From contig NW_027590190.1 in NCBI RefSeq assembly GCF_964213995.1, forward strand, positions 186,001-250,000: a stretch of DNA of 64,000 bases. Direction: 5' to 3'. Numbering within the stretch: the first letter of the stretch is position 1; the number at the start of each line of letters is the position of its first letter. This DNA comes from Mustelus asterias (Eukaryota). A model generated the notes under the pieces. That model was not told the DNA's origin, searched no databases, and saw only the letters and a program-made list of their open reading frames with translations. This document shows, in pieces, positions 49,161-62,110 of the stretch. A program made the translations under genes and the position numbers.

Positions 49161-49665
49161 CAGAACACACAACCCTTTGTAATATTACTATGTGAGTACA
49201 TCACTAATAAAGGAGTTAGTGAGAGTGAAAGAGAAGGCTCTGAAAATCAAAGAGTAGCTCTTGAGAAAATCTCAAACCAGTCATTTAAAAATATATATTT
49301 TGATGCCCGAAGTAGAACCTTTCAGGCACAGAATTGTAGATTTTCCACCAAAGAACAATTTAGGATTAAAGGAAAAGTTTATAATTTTGTTGTAACAGAA
49401 TTCCTGTTGAAAGTTCTTGAATTAAAAGAAATGGTGTTGTCAAAAATGGACCCTGAAGCCCTGAAAATTGGTGACATCGCCAGAATATTAAACCCCAGCC
49501 AGTCATATCAGCAGGAACAAAACCACGTATCAATACTAAACAAGATAAACAGCAGCAGTAACAGCAGAATCCAACCCCTGCAGTCACTAATGAACTTGCT
49601 GATGTCTCAGGAACCATTGTGACTGAGTGAATCCCTTCCCACACACAGAGCAGTTGAATGGTCTC

Positions 49666-50571
49666 TTAGTGTGAGTGCATTGGTGAGCCAGCAGGTTGAA
49701 CCCCAGGCACGGAGCAAGTGAACGGTCTCTGTCCAGTGTGAACTCGCTGCTGAGCAGTGAGGTTGGATGACCGATTGAATCCTTTCCCACACACCGAGCA
49801 GCTGAATGGCCTCTCTCCAGTGTGAACTCGCTGGTGTAAAACAAGATTGGATGACTGCCTGAAACTCTTTCCACAGTCAGTGCAGCTGAATGGCTTCTCC
49901 TCAGTGTGAATTCGTTGGTGTCTCAGCAGGGTGGGTAAAACTGTGAATCCCTTCCCACACATGGAACAAGTCAATGGTCTCTCCCCAGTGTGAATCCGTT
50001 GGTGTGCAACGAGAGAGGTTGCCTGTCTGAAACTCTTTCCACAGCAAGTGCAGCTGAATGGCTTTTGAGTGTGAATCCGCTGGTGTGACAGCAGGTGGGA
50101 TGACCCAGTGAATCCCTCCCCACACATGGAGCAGGTAAAAGGCCTCTCCCCAGTGTGAACTCGCTGGTGTAATGTGAAGTTGGATGACTGAGTGAATCTC
50201 TTTCCACACTCAGGGCAGGTGAACAGTCCCTCCCCAGTGTGAGTGCGTTGGTGTGCCGTGAGTGCTGAAGAATGCCTGAACCTCTTTCCACAGGTAGTGC
50301 AGCTGAATGGCTTCTCCTCGGTGTGAATTCGCTGGTGTGACAAAAGGCCAGATAACTGACTGAAAGCCTTCCCACACACAGAGCAGGTGAATGCCCTCTT
50401 CCCCGTGTGAACCCGCTGGTGTAATGATAGGTTGGATGACTGAGTGAATCCTTTCCCACATATAGAACAGGTGAATGGCCTCTCCCCAGTGTGACTGCGT
50501 TGATGGTTTTCTAGCAGGGATGGATAATTGAATCCTTTCCCACAATCTTCACATCCCCACCGTTTCTCCAT
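49666..50571 (-). CDS. C2H2 zinc-finger protein, 9 intact fingers, decaying 3' end
   Basis: ACCATGG start (MEKRWGC); finger 10 has H>Q; a deletion/frameshift in finger 11; finger remnants run to 49587. Confidence 0.75.
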   Translation of the reverse strand: MEKRWGCEDCGKGFNYPSLLENHQRSHTGERPFTCSICGKGFTQSSNLSLHQRVHTGKRAFTCSVCGKAFSQLSGLLSHQRIHTEEKPFSCTTCGKRFRHSSALTAHQRTHTGEGLFTCPECGKRFTQSSNFTLHQRVHTGERPFTCSMCGEGFTGSSHLLSHQRIHTQKPFSCTCCGKSFRQATSLVAHQRIHTGERPLTCSMCGKGFTVLPTLLRHQRIHTEEKPFSCTDCGKSFRQSSNLVLHQRVHTGERPFSCSVCGKGFNRSSNLTAQQRVHTGQRPFTCSVPGVQPAGSPMHSH

Positions 50572-50941
50572 GGTGCCGGTGTCCGTGTGTCTCTCCAGGT
50601 TGGACAATCAGTTCAAGTCTTGTCCAAACATTGAACAAATGTATGGTTTTTCCTCACCTTGTATTTTACAATGTTTTCTCAAGCTGAATAACTGGTTAAA
50701 ACTCTTTCCACAGTCAGTTCACTGGAACACTCACTCGGGTGTGTGTGTGTGTGTCTCGGTGCTTTTCCAGTCACTGTTGTTTGAAATGTGTTCTTTTGGA
50801 ACAGTTGATCATTTATCCTTCCACATTCAAAGACCGATGATATTCAGATCCTGATGAATGGAGTTACTCAACCAGAGCTTGATCTGACGTTTCACATCTG
50901 CAAATCCTTCGCTTCTGATCTCCTGTAGAAACAGTTCACAA

Positions 50942-51560
50942 ACTCCGCTTCTCCGGGACAAACAAGCGCCAAGGCCAGCAATGACACTGCGCATGCTCCA
51001 CATCACAATGCCCGGGGACTGATTGACGGCAGGCGCGGGCCAATAGGAAGAGGGGGCGGGGCTGGAGGACCGAGCGGGAACGGCTGGTCCTCCAACCAAT
51101 CAGAGTGAATGAGGGGCGGCCAGGTCGGGAGTGGAGCATGCGCGGCAATGGTAAGGCGGTTGTGAGCCTGACAATGCAGCGTGCGCTCTGAGCATGCTCA
51201 GTGTCAGTCACAGTGTTGGGGAGTGTTCGGGAGGAGATTGTGAGCACAGGATAGGAAACAGCACCAACTTCTGGCCGAGGCCGCAGGCCCCGCCTTTCCC
51301 GCGGGGACAAGCCCCCCTGAGCCAAGGGGGGCGGGCTCGCTAGCTGCCATCTTACGAGTGTGAATGAGGGCGCTCAGAGAGGCGGAGCTTCCTCCTCGGT
51401 AATGGGCCTGGGTTACCTAGGCAACCATCTTGGGAGAGGAAGTGGGTCTGGTTCAGATGTCCTGCAAGGGTGGCCATCTTGGTGAGGGTATAGTGAGTGG
51501 GCGGGGCTTCTCCCAGTTGCAAGGTGCGGGTTACCCAGGCTGCGGCGACCTTGGAGTGGG
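50942..51560. promoter_or_regulatory. Bidirectional CpG promoter cassette, copy 3
   Basis: Near-identical to 35616-36260; also YY1-like GCCATCTT sites and an RFX-like GGTTACCTAGGCAACC at 51411-51426. Confidence 0.8.
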
Positions 51561-51679
51561 TTCAAGTCTTTCCCTGAGACTGGGATTGACAAATTGGGGG
51601 AGAGAATATTCCAGAGAAACGAGAATTGTCTGCTCTGAATTTCTATCCTGTACTCATTGTGAGCACTCTTTTCAAACCA

Positions 51680-52975
51680 TTTTCCAGGGGAGGATTCACA
51701 CAAATTAAAATAAACATCAAAATCTGAGAGAGATTTATCAGGAGCTGAATATCATCGACCTCTGAATGTGGAACAAGAAATGTTTCTCTGTTCTGTCTGT
51801 GGGAAAAGATTTCAAACATCAGTGTGACTGGAAAAGCACCGAGACACACACATGAGTGAGAGTGTTCGAGTGAGCTAACTATGGAAAGAGCTTCAACCAG
51901 TTACTCAGCCTGAAAAACACCACACCGTGCACACCGAGGAGAAACTGTACATGTGTTGTGTGTGTGAACGAGGCTTCAACTGATTGTCCAACCTGGAGAG
52001 ACACAAGGGCACTGGCACCATGAAGAAACTGTGGAAATGTGGGGACTGTGAGAAGGGATTCAATTATCCATCCCGGCTGGAAATCCATCAACACAGTCAC
52101 ACTGGGAACAGCATCACAGAGAGACCGCGGAAATGTGAGTCGTCTGGCCTTTGGTCACACCACAGAGTTCACACTGAGGAGAGGCCATACCCCTGCTCAG
52201 TCTGTGGGAAGGAATTTACTCAGTTATCTCACCCTGCTAACACACCAGAGAAATCACACTGGGAAGAAGCCATACAGCTGCACTTCTTGTGGGAAGAGCT
52301 TCAGGTCTTCATCCAACCTCAGTGCACACAAGCGTGTTCACACTGGGGAGAAATCATTCACCTGCTCTGAGTGTGGGATGGAATTTACTCAGTCAGTCAA
52401 ACTGGTGATACATAAGAGAATTCACACTGAGGAGAAACCATTTAGCTGCACCTCCTGTGGAAAGAGCTTCGGGAAGTTATCCACACTCACTGCACAGCAA
52501 CGCACTCACACTGGGGAGAGGCCATGCGCTGTGTGGGGGAAGGGATTCACTCAGTCAGCCAACCTCATGTTACATCAGTAAGTTCACACTGAGGGGAGGC
52601 TGTTCAGCTGCACTCACTGTGGAAAGAAATTCAGGCAGTCTTCCAACCTCACTGCACACCAGCAAATTCACACCAGGAAAAAAATCATTCAACTGCTCCG
52701 TATGTGGGAAGCGCTTCACTCGATCATCTGGGCTTTGGTCACACCAGCGAGTTCGCACTGGGGAGAAGCCATTCGGCTGAACTCATTGTGAAAAGAGTTT
52801 CAGATCTTCATCTGATCTGAACGTACAAAGCGAGTTCACACTGGGGAGAGGTTGTTTACCTGCTGTGTGTGTGGAAAGGGTTTCACTCGGTCAGCCAATC
52901 TGCAGACACACCAGAGCGTTCACAAGTGACTGCAGGAGTTGGATTATATTGTTATTTGCTGTTAAGCACACCGAG
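51680..52975 (+). pseudogene. C2H2 zinc-finger pseudogene (~11 decayed fingers)
   Basis: ACCATGAAG start at 52020; frame switches among ORFs 51984, 52039 and 52457; internal stops. Confidence 0.9.
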
Positions 52976-53329
52976 GATTGTTAGTCTATTTTTTATTTGG
53001 TTTGTTTCTGCTGGTGTTAACAGCCCTATTGCAGACAGAACTGTGATATTGTGGATATCCCTTGATTTTTGGGGCTGCTGAGTCCCTATTTAAAAGCACC
53101 ATCTGTGATCTTTCTCTCTAACTCAAGAACTCTCGACAGGTACTACTTCACAATAAAATTATCAACCTCCACTTGAATTCCATGTTGATCGTTAATGCAA
53201 AATCTACAATTCAGTGTTGAAATGTTCCATCTCTAATTATTAAATGCTGATTAATCTTTGCTGACGATTCTCACTGACTTAAATATTCTTTACAATGGGA
53301 ACTCCAGTACATTATCAAGGTACATTGAA

Positions 53330-53745
53330 CAAAACAGAAAAATATTTCACAGTCACATCAGTAAAATCTTCATCAATCAACACTGATACTGATGAAACTT
53401 GGAAGTTGCTGAGTTCATTCATTTCTGACACAGCAGCGGCAACATTTGGTAAAAGTTGCAAAGATGGTTTGAGACCCACTCAGCAGAGATGACATCTGTC
53501 ATTGAAGCAAAAAGCAAAACCTACCTGATGTACAACATCAACCCAAAAGCTGGAACACTGTGTCACTTGAATGTAGCCAGGACAGATGTGTAAAAAGCAG
53601 AGAGAGGTTGTGCAAATAATCATTGGATCAGCCTATTTCAAGAAATGCAAATTGTCTGTGGCAACAGAAATCTCTGTGCTGTGTATGATGGGATCAGGAG
53701 AGTAGTTGGCCTTCCCATCATCAAAGTTGCTCCCCTGAAATTGTC
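53330..53745 (+). mobile_element. RTE-like LINE ORF fragment
   Basis: ATFGK..CANNHW..L.QEMQ..GN..VYDGIRRVVG..KVAPLK, resembling the RTE endonuclease-RT linker. Confidence 0.55.
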
Positions 53746-55951
53746 ACTTGAGCTGGAAAAGGCTATTGATTGCAGACCTACCTCAGTTGATCTTTCTCTA
53801 CACCCTAGCTATGACTGTATCATGACATTCTGCACTCTCTCCTTCCCAATGTACAGTATGCTTTGTCTGTATAGCGCACAAGAAACAATATTTTTCACTG
53901 TATACTAATACATGTGACAATAATAAATCAAACAGACCCCACAGAGAAACTAACTTTATAACAATCAGGATAGAATTAAACACACTGGTATGTTGGGATG
54001 CCCTGTGGTTGTGAAAGGCTCTGTAGAAATGTAAGTTTATAAATTGAAGATTTCTGTTCTCTGATCTTGTTATCTGGAACTGAATTGATTTCAGCCACCC
54101 CCAACTTGCCATTTATTAAATTCACTTTGGTTCAGACAAGACTTTAACCAATTAAGACAAAGGCAGAATTCTCTGGATAGTAAATTTAAAAAGTTTATTC
54201 AATGAAAAAGGTTCACTGAACCACTTTAAGACATTGGCTTTTATAACTTGATGTGGGTGATCAGTCTGGAAGGTTAACCCTCTCTGGCTCCTTCTTTGAC
54301 AGGAATTTCCTTAAAACTCAGCCTCGGGACTCTTCAGTATTTGGTTCACAGGGAAGACCTTTGGAACCTCTACTTTTATCCCCCTACATCAGAGTTGGGC
54401 CTGTTTAACATGCCAATTGGTCAATTTGATGAGATTAATTCAATTGAATCCCCAATATTTACACCACCGTTTCCCTTCATCTTAGTCAGGAATACAACAT
54501 AATTGTTTCAGACTATCCCTTTACCCGATTCCATACAATCCCTTGTTCATACAGTTTCAAATATTGAAGAGTTTGAAGGTCCCTCTCGCCAGTACATTTA
54601 TCTTCATTGCACATTCTTTACATACACAGCAATAAACTTTTACATTTTTACAGTAAATAAAACCCAGCCTTTTACTATAACTACTGATTCATTAATTGTA
54701 ACTTAATACAATCATCTGTTCCTGACTGGTGGCTAATTAATACAGGATTCTTTAATTCATTTGGTTAATACAAGATTCACTGGTTCAAAAAGACACACGA
54801 TGGAAGACAATAGGTTTCTTTCTTATTCACCTTGATCAGACTGAACAATCGACCTTATTCTTGAGCCAGATTTGATGGAATATAATGTCCTGTATCTTAT
54901 CAAAATGACAGAAGAAATTCTTAGTTTAAACAATTTCTGCTGGTTATGCAGTTTCCACAAGCATTTGGGTGAATACAGCATTCATTTTAAAAATAAAGCT
55001 TCATTCACATGTCAGAGTTTAAGATTGTTTCCTTGACCTTGTTACTTAGAATGTTCAAGGAACAATTCAGCACAGTAACAGGCACTTGGGCCCACCGAGC
55101 CTGTGCCAATAGAGCTTCAATCCCTCTGTTCACCTCCTGTCTGTCTATCAAGATACACCTTGAACATTGCTAAAGTGCCTGCTTCCACCCGCTTCACAGG
55201 CAGTGCATTCCAGGCACCCAGCACCTCTACAGAGTCATAGAGGTTAACAGCATGGAAACAGGCCCTTTGGCTCAACTTGTCCATGCCACCCCTTTTTTTA
55301 AATGACTAAGCGAGTCCGAATTGCCCGCATTTAGCCCATATCCCTCAATAGCAATCTTACTCGGAACTGTCTAAATGTTTATCAAAAGACAAAATTGTAC
55401 CCGCCTCTACTACTACCTCTGGCAGCTTGTTTCAGACACTCGCCACCCTTTGTGTGAAAAAATTGCCCCTCTGGACCCTTTTGTATCTCTCCCCTCTCAC
55501 CTTAAACCTATGGCCTCTAGTTTTAGACTTCCCTACCTTTGGGAATAGATATTGGCTATCTAGCTGATCTATACCCCTCATTATTTTATAGACTTCTATA
55601 GGATCACCCGTAAGCCTCCTATGCTCCAGAGAAAAAAGTCCCAGTCTATCCAGCCTCTCCTTATAACTCAAACCATCAAGTCCTGGTAGCATCCTAATAA
55701 ATCTTTTCTGCATTCTTTCCAGCTTAGTAATATCCTTTCTATAATAGGGTGACCAGAACTGTATACGGTATTACAAGTGTGGCCTTAACAATGTCTTGTG
55801 CAACTTCAACAAGACATCCCAACTCCTGTATTCAATGTTCTGACCAATGAAACCAAGCATGCCGAATGCCTTCTTCACCGCTCTGTCCATCTGTGACTCC
55901 ACTTTCAATGTATACTGGTATACATTGTAAGACTGTATTCAATGTAATACT

Positions 55952-56033
55952 GGTAGCGTGGCTGAGCGGTCTAAAGCACTAGATTTAAGCTTCAGTCTTT
56001 CCGGAGGCATAGGTTCAAATCCCACTACTACCA
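55952..56033 (+). tRNA. tRNA-Leu-derived copy (Leu-TAG type, anticodon now TAA); probably a pseudogene
   Basis: 82 nt colinear with vertebrate GGTAGCGTGGCCGAGCGGTCTAAGGCGCTGGATTTAGGCTCCAG..CCCACCGCTGCCA, with many transitions. Confidence 0.85.
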
Positions 56034-56051
56034 GAATTGATGTCTGTTTAA

Positions 56052-56122
56052 GCATTGGTGGTTCAGTGGTAGAATTCTCGCCTGCCACGCGGGAGGCCCG
56101 GGTTCTATTCCCGGCAAATGCA
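56052..56122 (+). tRNA. tRNA-Gly(GCC) copy with 2 substitutions
   Basis: Differs from the canonical vertebrate sequence only at TTCG>TTCT (T loop) and CCAATGC>CAAATGC (acceptor stem); T5 at 56133-56137. Confidence 0.9.
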
Positions 56123-58859
56123 AAGCCCCTTCTTTTTGAAGGGCCTGTTTCCTGTGCTGTACTATAATGAGCTATGAACATGTACATCCTAGAAATCTTT
56201 GTTCTATAACTCTCCCCGATGCCTACCATTAACTGGTTCAATCAACCAAAATGCATCACCTCGCACTTATCTAAATTAAACTCCATCTGCCATTCGTTAG
56301 CCCACTGGCTCAATTGATCAAGAACCCATTGCAATCCGAGCTAACCTTCTTCACTATCCACAACGTCACCCACCTTGGTGTCATCTGCAAACTTACTAAT
56401 CATGCCTCCTAAATTCTCATCCAAATCATTAATATAAATGACAAATAACAGTGGACGCAGCACCGATCCCTGAGGCACACCACTGGTCACAGGCCTCCAG
56501 TTTGAAAAACAACCACCCACAATCACCCTCTGTCTTCTGTCATCAAGCAATTTTGTATCCATTTGGCTGCCTCACCCTGGCTCCTGTGAGATTTAATCTT
56601 ATGCAACAACCTACCATGTGGTACCTTGTCAAAGGCCTTGCTAAAGTCCATGTAGACAACATCAACTGCACTGCCCTCATCTACCTTCTTGGTTACCCCT
56701 TCAAAAAACTCAATCAAATTTGTGAGATATGATTTTCCACTCACAAAGCCATGCTGACTGTCCCTAATCAGTCCTTGCCTCTCTAAATGCCTGTACATCC
56801 TGTCTCTCAGAATACCTTCGACCAGCGTACCCACTACAGATGTGAGGCTCACCAGCCTGTAGTTCCCAGGCTTTTCTCTGCAGCCCTTTCTAAACAAAGG
56901 CACAACATTTGCCACCCTCCAATCTTCAGGCACCTCACCTGTGGCTGTCAATTCAAATATCTCTGCGAGGGGACTCGCAATTTCCTTCCTAGCCTCCCGC
57001 AACATCCTGGGACACACTTCATCAGGTCCTGGGGATTTATCTACCTTGATGCGCTTTAAAACTTCGAGCACATCCTTCACTGTTATATGCACACTCCTCA
57101 AGACATCACTATTTATTTTCCCAAGTTCCCCAACATCCATGCCTTAACAGTAATTACTGATGAGAAATATTCATTTAGGATCTCACACATCTCTTGTGGA
57201 TCTGCACGTAGATGACTTTGTTGATCCTTAAAAGGCCCTACTCTCTATACTCTGCATTTGTAGAATCTCTGGATTCTCCTTTGCCTTATCTGCCAAAGCA
57301 ATCTCATGTCTCCTTTTTGCCCTCCTGATTTCTCTTAACTCTACTCCTACACCCTGTATACTCTTCAAGGGATCCGCTTGATCCCAGCTGCCTATGCATG
57401 CCATGTGCCTACTTCTTCTTCTTGACCAGGGCCTCAATATCCCAAGTCATCCAGGGTTCCCTACTTCTACTAGCCTTGCCCTTCACTCTAAGAGGAATGT
57501 GCTTATCCTGAACACTGGTTAACACACTTTTGAAAGTCTCCCACTGACCAGACGCCCGTTTGCCTTCCCACAGACTCCCCCAATTAACTTTTGAAAGTTC
57601 CTGCCTGATACCATCAAAATTGGCCTTGCCCCAATTTAAAATTTTAACCTTTGGGCCAGACCTATCATTCTCCATAGCTATCTTAAAACTAATAGAATTA
57701 TGGTCACTGGTCCCAAAGTGATCCCTCACTAACACTTCTGTCACCTGCCCTTCCTTATTTCCCAAGAGGAGGTCAAGTTTTGCCCCTCTCTAGTCGGGCC
57801 ATCCACATACTGAATGAGAAATTCCTCCTGAATACACTCAACAAATTTCTCTCCATCCAAACCTCTAATACTATGGCTGTCCCAGTCAATGTTGGGAAAG
57901 TTAAAATCCCCTACTATTACCACCCTATTTTTTTTGGAGCTATCTGTCATCTCCTTACATATTTGCTCCTCAATTTCCCACCGACTATTTGGAGGCCTAT
58001 AGTACAACCCTATCAAAGTGACTTCCCCTTCTTATTACTCAATTCTACCCATACAGACTCAGTGGGTGAACCCTCGGATATATCCCCTCTCAGTACTGCT
58101 GTGGTGTTTTCCCTCATCAAAAGTGCAGCTCCCCCTCCTCTCTCACCTCCTGTTCTATCTTTCCTATAGCATCTGTACCCTGAAACATTGAGCTGCCAGT
58201 CCTGTCCCTCCCTCAGCCATGTTTCAGTAATAGCTATAATATCCCAGTCCCATGTACCCCTCCATGCCCTGAGTTCATCTGCCTTGCCTGCCAGGCCTCT
58301 TGCATTGAAATAAGTGCACTTTAATCTGGACCTCCCTTTCTCTCTGCTCTGCTTTTGACTGACCTGTCTAGTACTAGAATTATTGACACTGTCTTTACTA
58401 TTTAATGTGCTCTCTTTAACTTCTGTCCTCAATCTTCTCTTCTGTCTTCCTATTGCTTTGGGTCCCACCACCCCCTCCCCGCCCACCCCACCCCGCCAAA
58501 CTAGTTTAAACCCCCCCGACTCGCTCTCACAAATCTCTCCGTCAGGATATTAGTCCCCCTCCAGTTCAGGTGTAACCCATCCCTCTTGAACAGGTCATCC
58601 CTTCCCCAGAAGAGATCCCAATGATCCACAAATCTAAATCCCTGCCCACCTGCACCAGCTCTCAAGCCACATATTCATCTGCCTCATCTTCCTGTTCCTA
58701 CTCTCACTAACACGTGGCACCGGCAGTAGTCCAGAAATTACCATCTTCGAGGTCCTGCACTTTAGTCTGCTGCCTAACTCTCTAAATTCACTCTTCAGGA
58801 CCTCATCCCTTTTCACCATGTATGTGAAAACTTTCCCCACATGTTTCCCCAAACCTCAT

Positions 58860-59410
58860 CACCTCTCACCTTGTGCCCTCTTGTAGTCGACCCTTCTCCC
58901 CTGGGGAAAAGCCTCTGACAATCCACCCTACATTTGCTTCTCATAGTTTTGTAGTTTCTCATAGTTTCTCATAGCATCCGTCTTTCCAGTGAAAACAATC
59001 TGAACTTGTCCAACCTCTTCTTGTACCTTAAATCCTCCAGACCAGCAACATACCCTTTGACCCTCAGGAAAGGCTAGGGCTGTTTTTCTCTAGGACAGAG
59101 AAGACTGAAGGGTGACCTGATGCAACTCTTTAAGATTATGAAGGGGTTCAATAATCCAATAGGTATTTCAGGAGAAACCTCTTTACCAGCGAGTGGTGAG
59201 AATGTGGAACTCACTACCACAGCGAGTGGTTGAGGTGAACAGCGCGAATACATTGAAGGGGAAGCTAGATACATACATGAGGGAGAGAGGAATAGAAGGA
59301 TATGCTGATGGGGGAGATGAAGAGGGGTGGGTGGAGGCTCATGTGGAGCATAAATACTGACACAGACCAATTGAGCCGACTGGCCTGGCCCTGTGCTGTA
59401 GACTCAATGG
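58860..59410. mobile_element. Two old CR1 3' fragments in opposite orientation
   Basis: Minus strand 58860-59060; plus strand 59075-59410 (LGLFSLGQRRLKGDL). Confidence 0.7.
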
Positions 59411-59688
59411 AACAGAGACAAATGTATCTACCTGTAGTATAGAAAAAACACTATTTACTACCCAGGATAAAATAAATGTCCTTCATCAACTTTTGTGGAT
59501 CGTTTCAGTGGAGATGTACACTCCCAGGCTCAAACAGCATCAGCCCACTGGAAGCAAAGGTGTGAGAACGGCCAGTTCAGCAGAAAGAAACCCTCCGACC
59601 CTCCCACTTCACAAACAGTCAGAGTGAACATGGTTCAGTCCTGGATGTGATTAACAGCAGCAATAACAGTAGAATCCAACCACTGTAA

Positions 59689-60642
59689 TCAATTGTGAAC
59701 TCGCTGGTGTCTCAGCAGGGTAGATGACTGAGTGAATTCTTTCCCACAGTCAGAGCAGGCGAATGGTCTCTCCCCAGTGTGGACTCGCTGGTGTCTTCTC
59801 AGGTTGGACAAATCTCGGAACTGCTTCCCACAATCAGAGCAGGGAAATGGTCTCTCCCCAGTGTGGACTCGCTGGTGTTTTTGCAGAGTGGATGAATCTT
59901 TGAATTTCTTCGCACACACTGTGCAGATGAACGGCCTCTCCTCAGTGTGAATTCGGTGGTGTGTCAGCAGATGGGTTGAATTTTTGAATCCCTTCCCACA
60001 GTCAGAACAGATGAATGACCTCTCCTCGGTGTGAACCTGTCGGTGTCGTATCAGGTTGGATAACCATCTAAACCTTCTTGCGCAGTGAGAGCAGCTGAAT
60101 TGTTTCTGCTCAGTGTGAACTCGCTGGTGTGTCTGCAGGTTGGATGACTGACTGAATCCCTTCCCACACTGAGAGCAGGTAAATGGCCTCTCCCCAGTGT
60201 GAGCTCGCTGGTGTGTCAGCAGATCGGAGAACTGATTGAATCTCTTCCCACACTCAGAGCAGCTGAATGGCCTCTCCCCAGTGTGAATTCGCTGGTGTGT
60301 CAGCAGGTTGGATAACTGAGTGAATCCCTTCCCACACTCAGAGCAAACAAATGGCCTCTCCCCAGAGTGAACTCGCTGATGTATCTTCAGGGTGGATGAA
60401 TGTTTGAAACCTTTCCCACATGCAGTGCAGGTGAATGGCCTTTCCTTAGTGTGAATTCGCTGGTGTGTCAGCAGGTGGGATGAATTTGTGAATCCCTTCC
60501 CACAATCAGAGCAGGTAAACGGCCGCTCCCCAGTGTGAATGCGTCGGTGAGTTTCTAGTTTTGAGGGGGTTATGAATCTCTTTCCGCAGTCCTCACATTT
60601 CCATGGTTTCTCCGTGGTGCAGGTGTCCTTGTGTCTCTCCAT
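59689..60642 (-). CDS. C2H2 zinc-finger protein, 11 fingers
   Basis: Intact ORF from AACATGG (MERHKDTCTTEKPWKC); acceptor TTTTACAG at ~60936-60943. Confidence 0.9.
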   Translation of the reverse strand: MERHKDTCTTEKPWKCEDCGKRFITPSKLETHRRIHTGERPFTCSDCGKGFTNSSHLLTHQRIHTKERPFTCTACGKGFKHSSTLKIHQRVHSGERPFVCSECGKGFTQLSNLLTHQRIHTGERPFSCSECGKRFNQFSDLLTHQRAHTGERPFTCSQCGKGFSQSSNLQTHQRVHTEQKQFSCSHCARRFRWLSNLIRHRQVHTEERSFICSDCGKGFKNSTHLLTHHRIHTEERPFICTVCAKKFKDSSTLQKHQRVHTGERPFPCSDCGKQFRDLSNLRRHQRVHTGERPFACSDCGKEFTQSSTLLRHQRVHN

Positions 60643-61065
60643 GTTCAACAATCAAATTAGGTTTCTGCACACAGGACACCCGGCTCCAAATGGGAATGTT
60701 TTTTCAAGCTGTGTAACTGGTTAAAACTGGAACACTCAGTTCAGAGTGTGTGTGTTGATGCTTTTCTGGTCACACTGATAGTTAATAACTGCTGAAGCTG
60801 ATAGAGCAGACAATTATTTCTCCATCTAGATTCAGAGGCCACTGATGTTCACTTTGCAATGAATCAACTAAATCTTTCAGATCCTGATGCGACGTTTGAT
60901 TTAAGATTTCTGGCTTAAATCCTCACTTCTAACATCTGTAAAAGAAGTTGACAAAAGTAATCAGCGTTAGTACAGGATAGAAATTCAGAACAGACAATTC
61001 TAGTTCCTCTGGAGCACGTTTTCCTCTCTCATTCCCCAAAATCTGTAAATTTCATTCGCACACAT

Positions 61066-61452
61066 TGGGAGGCAATGCCCGAGTGGTATTATCACGAGAT
61101 TATTCATCCAAAACTCAGCTAATGTTCTGGGGACCCAGGTTCGAATGACGCCACGGCAGTCGGTAGAATTTGAATTCAATAAAAAAAATATGGAATTAAG
61201 AATCTACTGATGATTGTGAAACCATTGTCGATTGTCAGAAAACCCCATCTGGTTCACTAATGCCCTTCAGGGAAGGAAATCTGCCATCCTCACCTGTCCT
61301 GGCCTACATGTGACACCATAGCCACAGAAATGTGTTGGTTCTCAACTGTCCTCTGAAACAGCCCAGTGAGCCAATCAGTTCAAGGGCAATGAGGGATGGG
61401 CAATAAATGCTGGCCAGCCAGTGATGCCCATGTCTCATGAATGAAGAAAAAA
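61066..61452 (+). mobile_element. tRNA-derived SINE of a second family
   Basis: A/B-box-like head (GGTTCGAAT), core CTGGTTCACTAATGCCCTTCAGGGAAGGAAATCTGCC, tail shared with the second CR1-like family. Confidence 0.75.
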
Positions 61453-61829
61453 GAACTCTCCCTCCATTCCCATTCTGCTGGATCTAATATTCACCCTCCC
61501 AATTTTCCTGAAGAGGCTGATTGACAGACCTGGGCCAAACTTTCCAGAGTCTGCAGCCTCCCTGGATTCACTTCCTTTCCCTTCAGTTGCTGCAAGTCAA
61601 CAATTCCCCCAGAAATGAGAAAAGAAATGGAAAGGGGAAGAAAAGAAAGTGTTTTACTCACAGATTTTGGCCTCTTTTAAGGCGACAGGAGAAAGTTTCA
61701 GTCTGTGTGAAGTTCAACCTGCATTGTCACAAAGCCCGCGCCCTGGATTGTCTGGAGGGCCACAGCCCTTCCGGTCCTCCAACACTTCCCATGGGTCAAC
61801 AATTCAGCATGAACGTCAGAGGGTGGGTT

Positions 61830-62110
61830 CTCCCCCGGAACATTCGCAGCTTCCCCTCGCCATTAGACATGCGCAGTCCCGGACTTGGGGGGGGAGGGGC
61901 AGATCACCGAGCGGCTTCTCGCTCTGACCGGAGCCGTCAGCCGGTTGCCTGGAAACCTTGGCTCGATGTGTTGCAGGGGTACGGGAACAATGGATGGGGG
62001 CGGGGCTCCCGAGTCCGCGCACCCGGGCTTGCGCATTGGAACCCGGAGACGATTCTTATTGGCTGATTCAGGCAGGGCTCCATTGTGACGTCAGAATACG
62101 GAAGTTGTCC
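61830..62110. promoter_or_regulatory. Bidirectional CpG promoter between ZNF loci at 60 kb (-) and 63.7 kb (+)
   Basis: CATGCGCA, GGGGCGGGG, ATTGG, CRE TGACGTCA at 62086, ETS-like CGGAAGT. Confidence 0.7.

Larger units (their letters stand above)
55228..58812 (-). mobile_element. Long CR1 LINE: ORF1 esterase end, APE endonuclease, RT and tail (frameshifted)
   Basis: VISGLLPVPR..WLESWCR (SGNH ORF1); YFNARGL, ITETWL, GDFNFP, SDHN; YMDFSKAFDKVPH, GVPQGSVL, KFADDTK. Confidence 0.95.

Noticed and set aside
49098-49622. 174-aa + strand ORF
   Set aside because: Spans a LINE fragment and the antisense ZNF 3' region; no recognisable domain.
51800-51990. Selenocysteine or readthrough at conserved TGA codons in the leader
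   Set aside because: Frameshifts separate the dead fingers, the TGAs are not at Cys positions, one is CGA in a paralogue (CpG decay), and no SECIS was recognised.
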